From: Chiloscyllium plagiosum
Taxonomy: Eukaryota
Direction: 5' to 3'
Length of the DNA: 64,000 nucleotides
Assembly: GCF_004010195.1 (NCBI RefSeq)
Contig: NC_057750.1
Span: forward strand, 15,527,335-15,591,334
Shown: one piece after another, positions 63,901 through 64,000 of the stretch
Layout of the letters: the number at the start of each line of letters is the position of its first letter
How positions within the stretch are numbered: the stretch's first letter is position 1
The notes under the pieces: generated by a model
What the model was told of the DNA's origin: nothing
Database searches by the model: none
What the model saw: the letters and a program-made list of their open reading frames with translations, nothing else
Position numbers and translations under genes: made by a program

Positions 63901-64000
63901 AATGTATGTTTTTTTTTTCCCCTCCCTTCTGTATCTCTATAGCATCTGCATAATTTCCTCCCCTAGTTTCCCTTTATCTGGAAGGAAAGGATTAGTATTA

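Overview
Vertebrate DNA, almost certainly cartilaginous fish (shark): the repeats resemble HE1-like V-SINEs, DeuSINE-like copies, CR1, L1 and Penelope families (inference from recalled repeat families, no database search). Most of the window is nested, decayed retroelements, which account for nearly all listed ORFs. Host-gene signal: (1) a CpG island ending in the 28-nt first coding exon of an MTA-family gene (MAANMYRVG, 28639-28666), followed immediately by a 500-N gap; (2) three clean in-frame + strand exons (31291-31354, 53686-53828, 59419-59562; the first is not in the ORF track) encoding a divergent eEF1B-gamma (EEF1G)-like GST domain. No MTA exon 2 and no EEF1G exons 1-2 are visible. The most notable non-coding signal is a set of Penelope-like elements and short, TSD-flanked palindromic derivatives carrying minimal type I hammerhead ribozyme cores (CTGANGA-stem II-GAAACGTC); several cores are intact.
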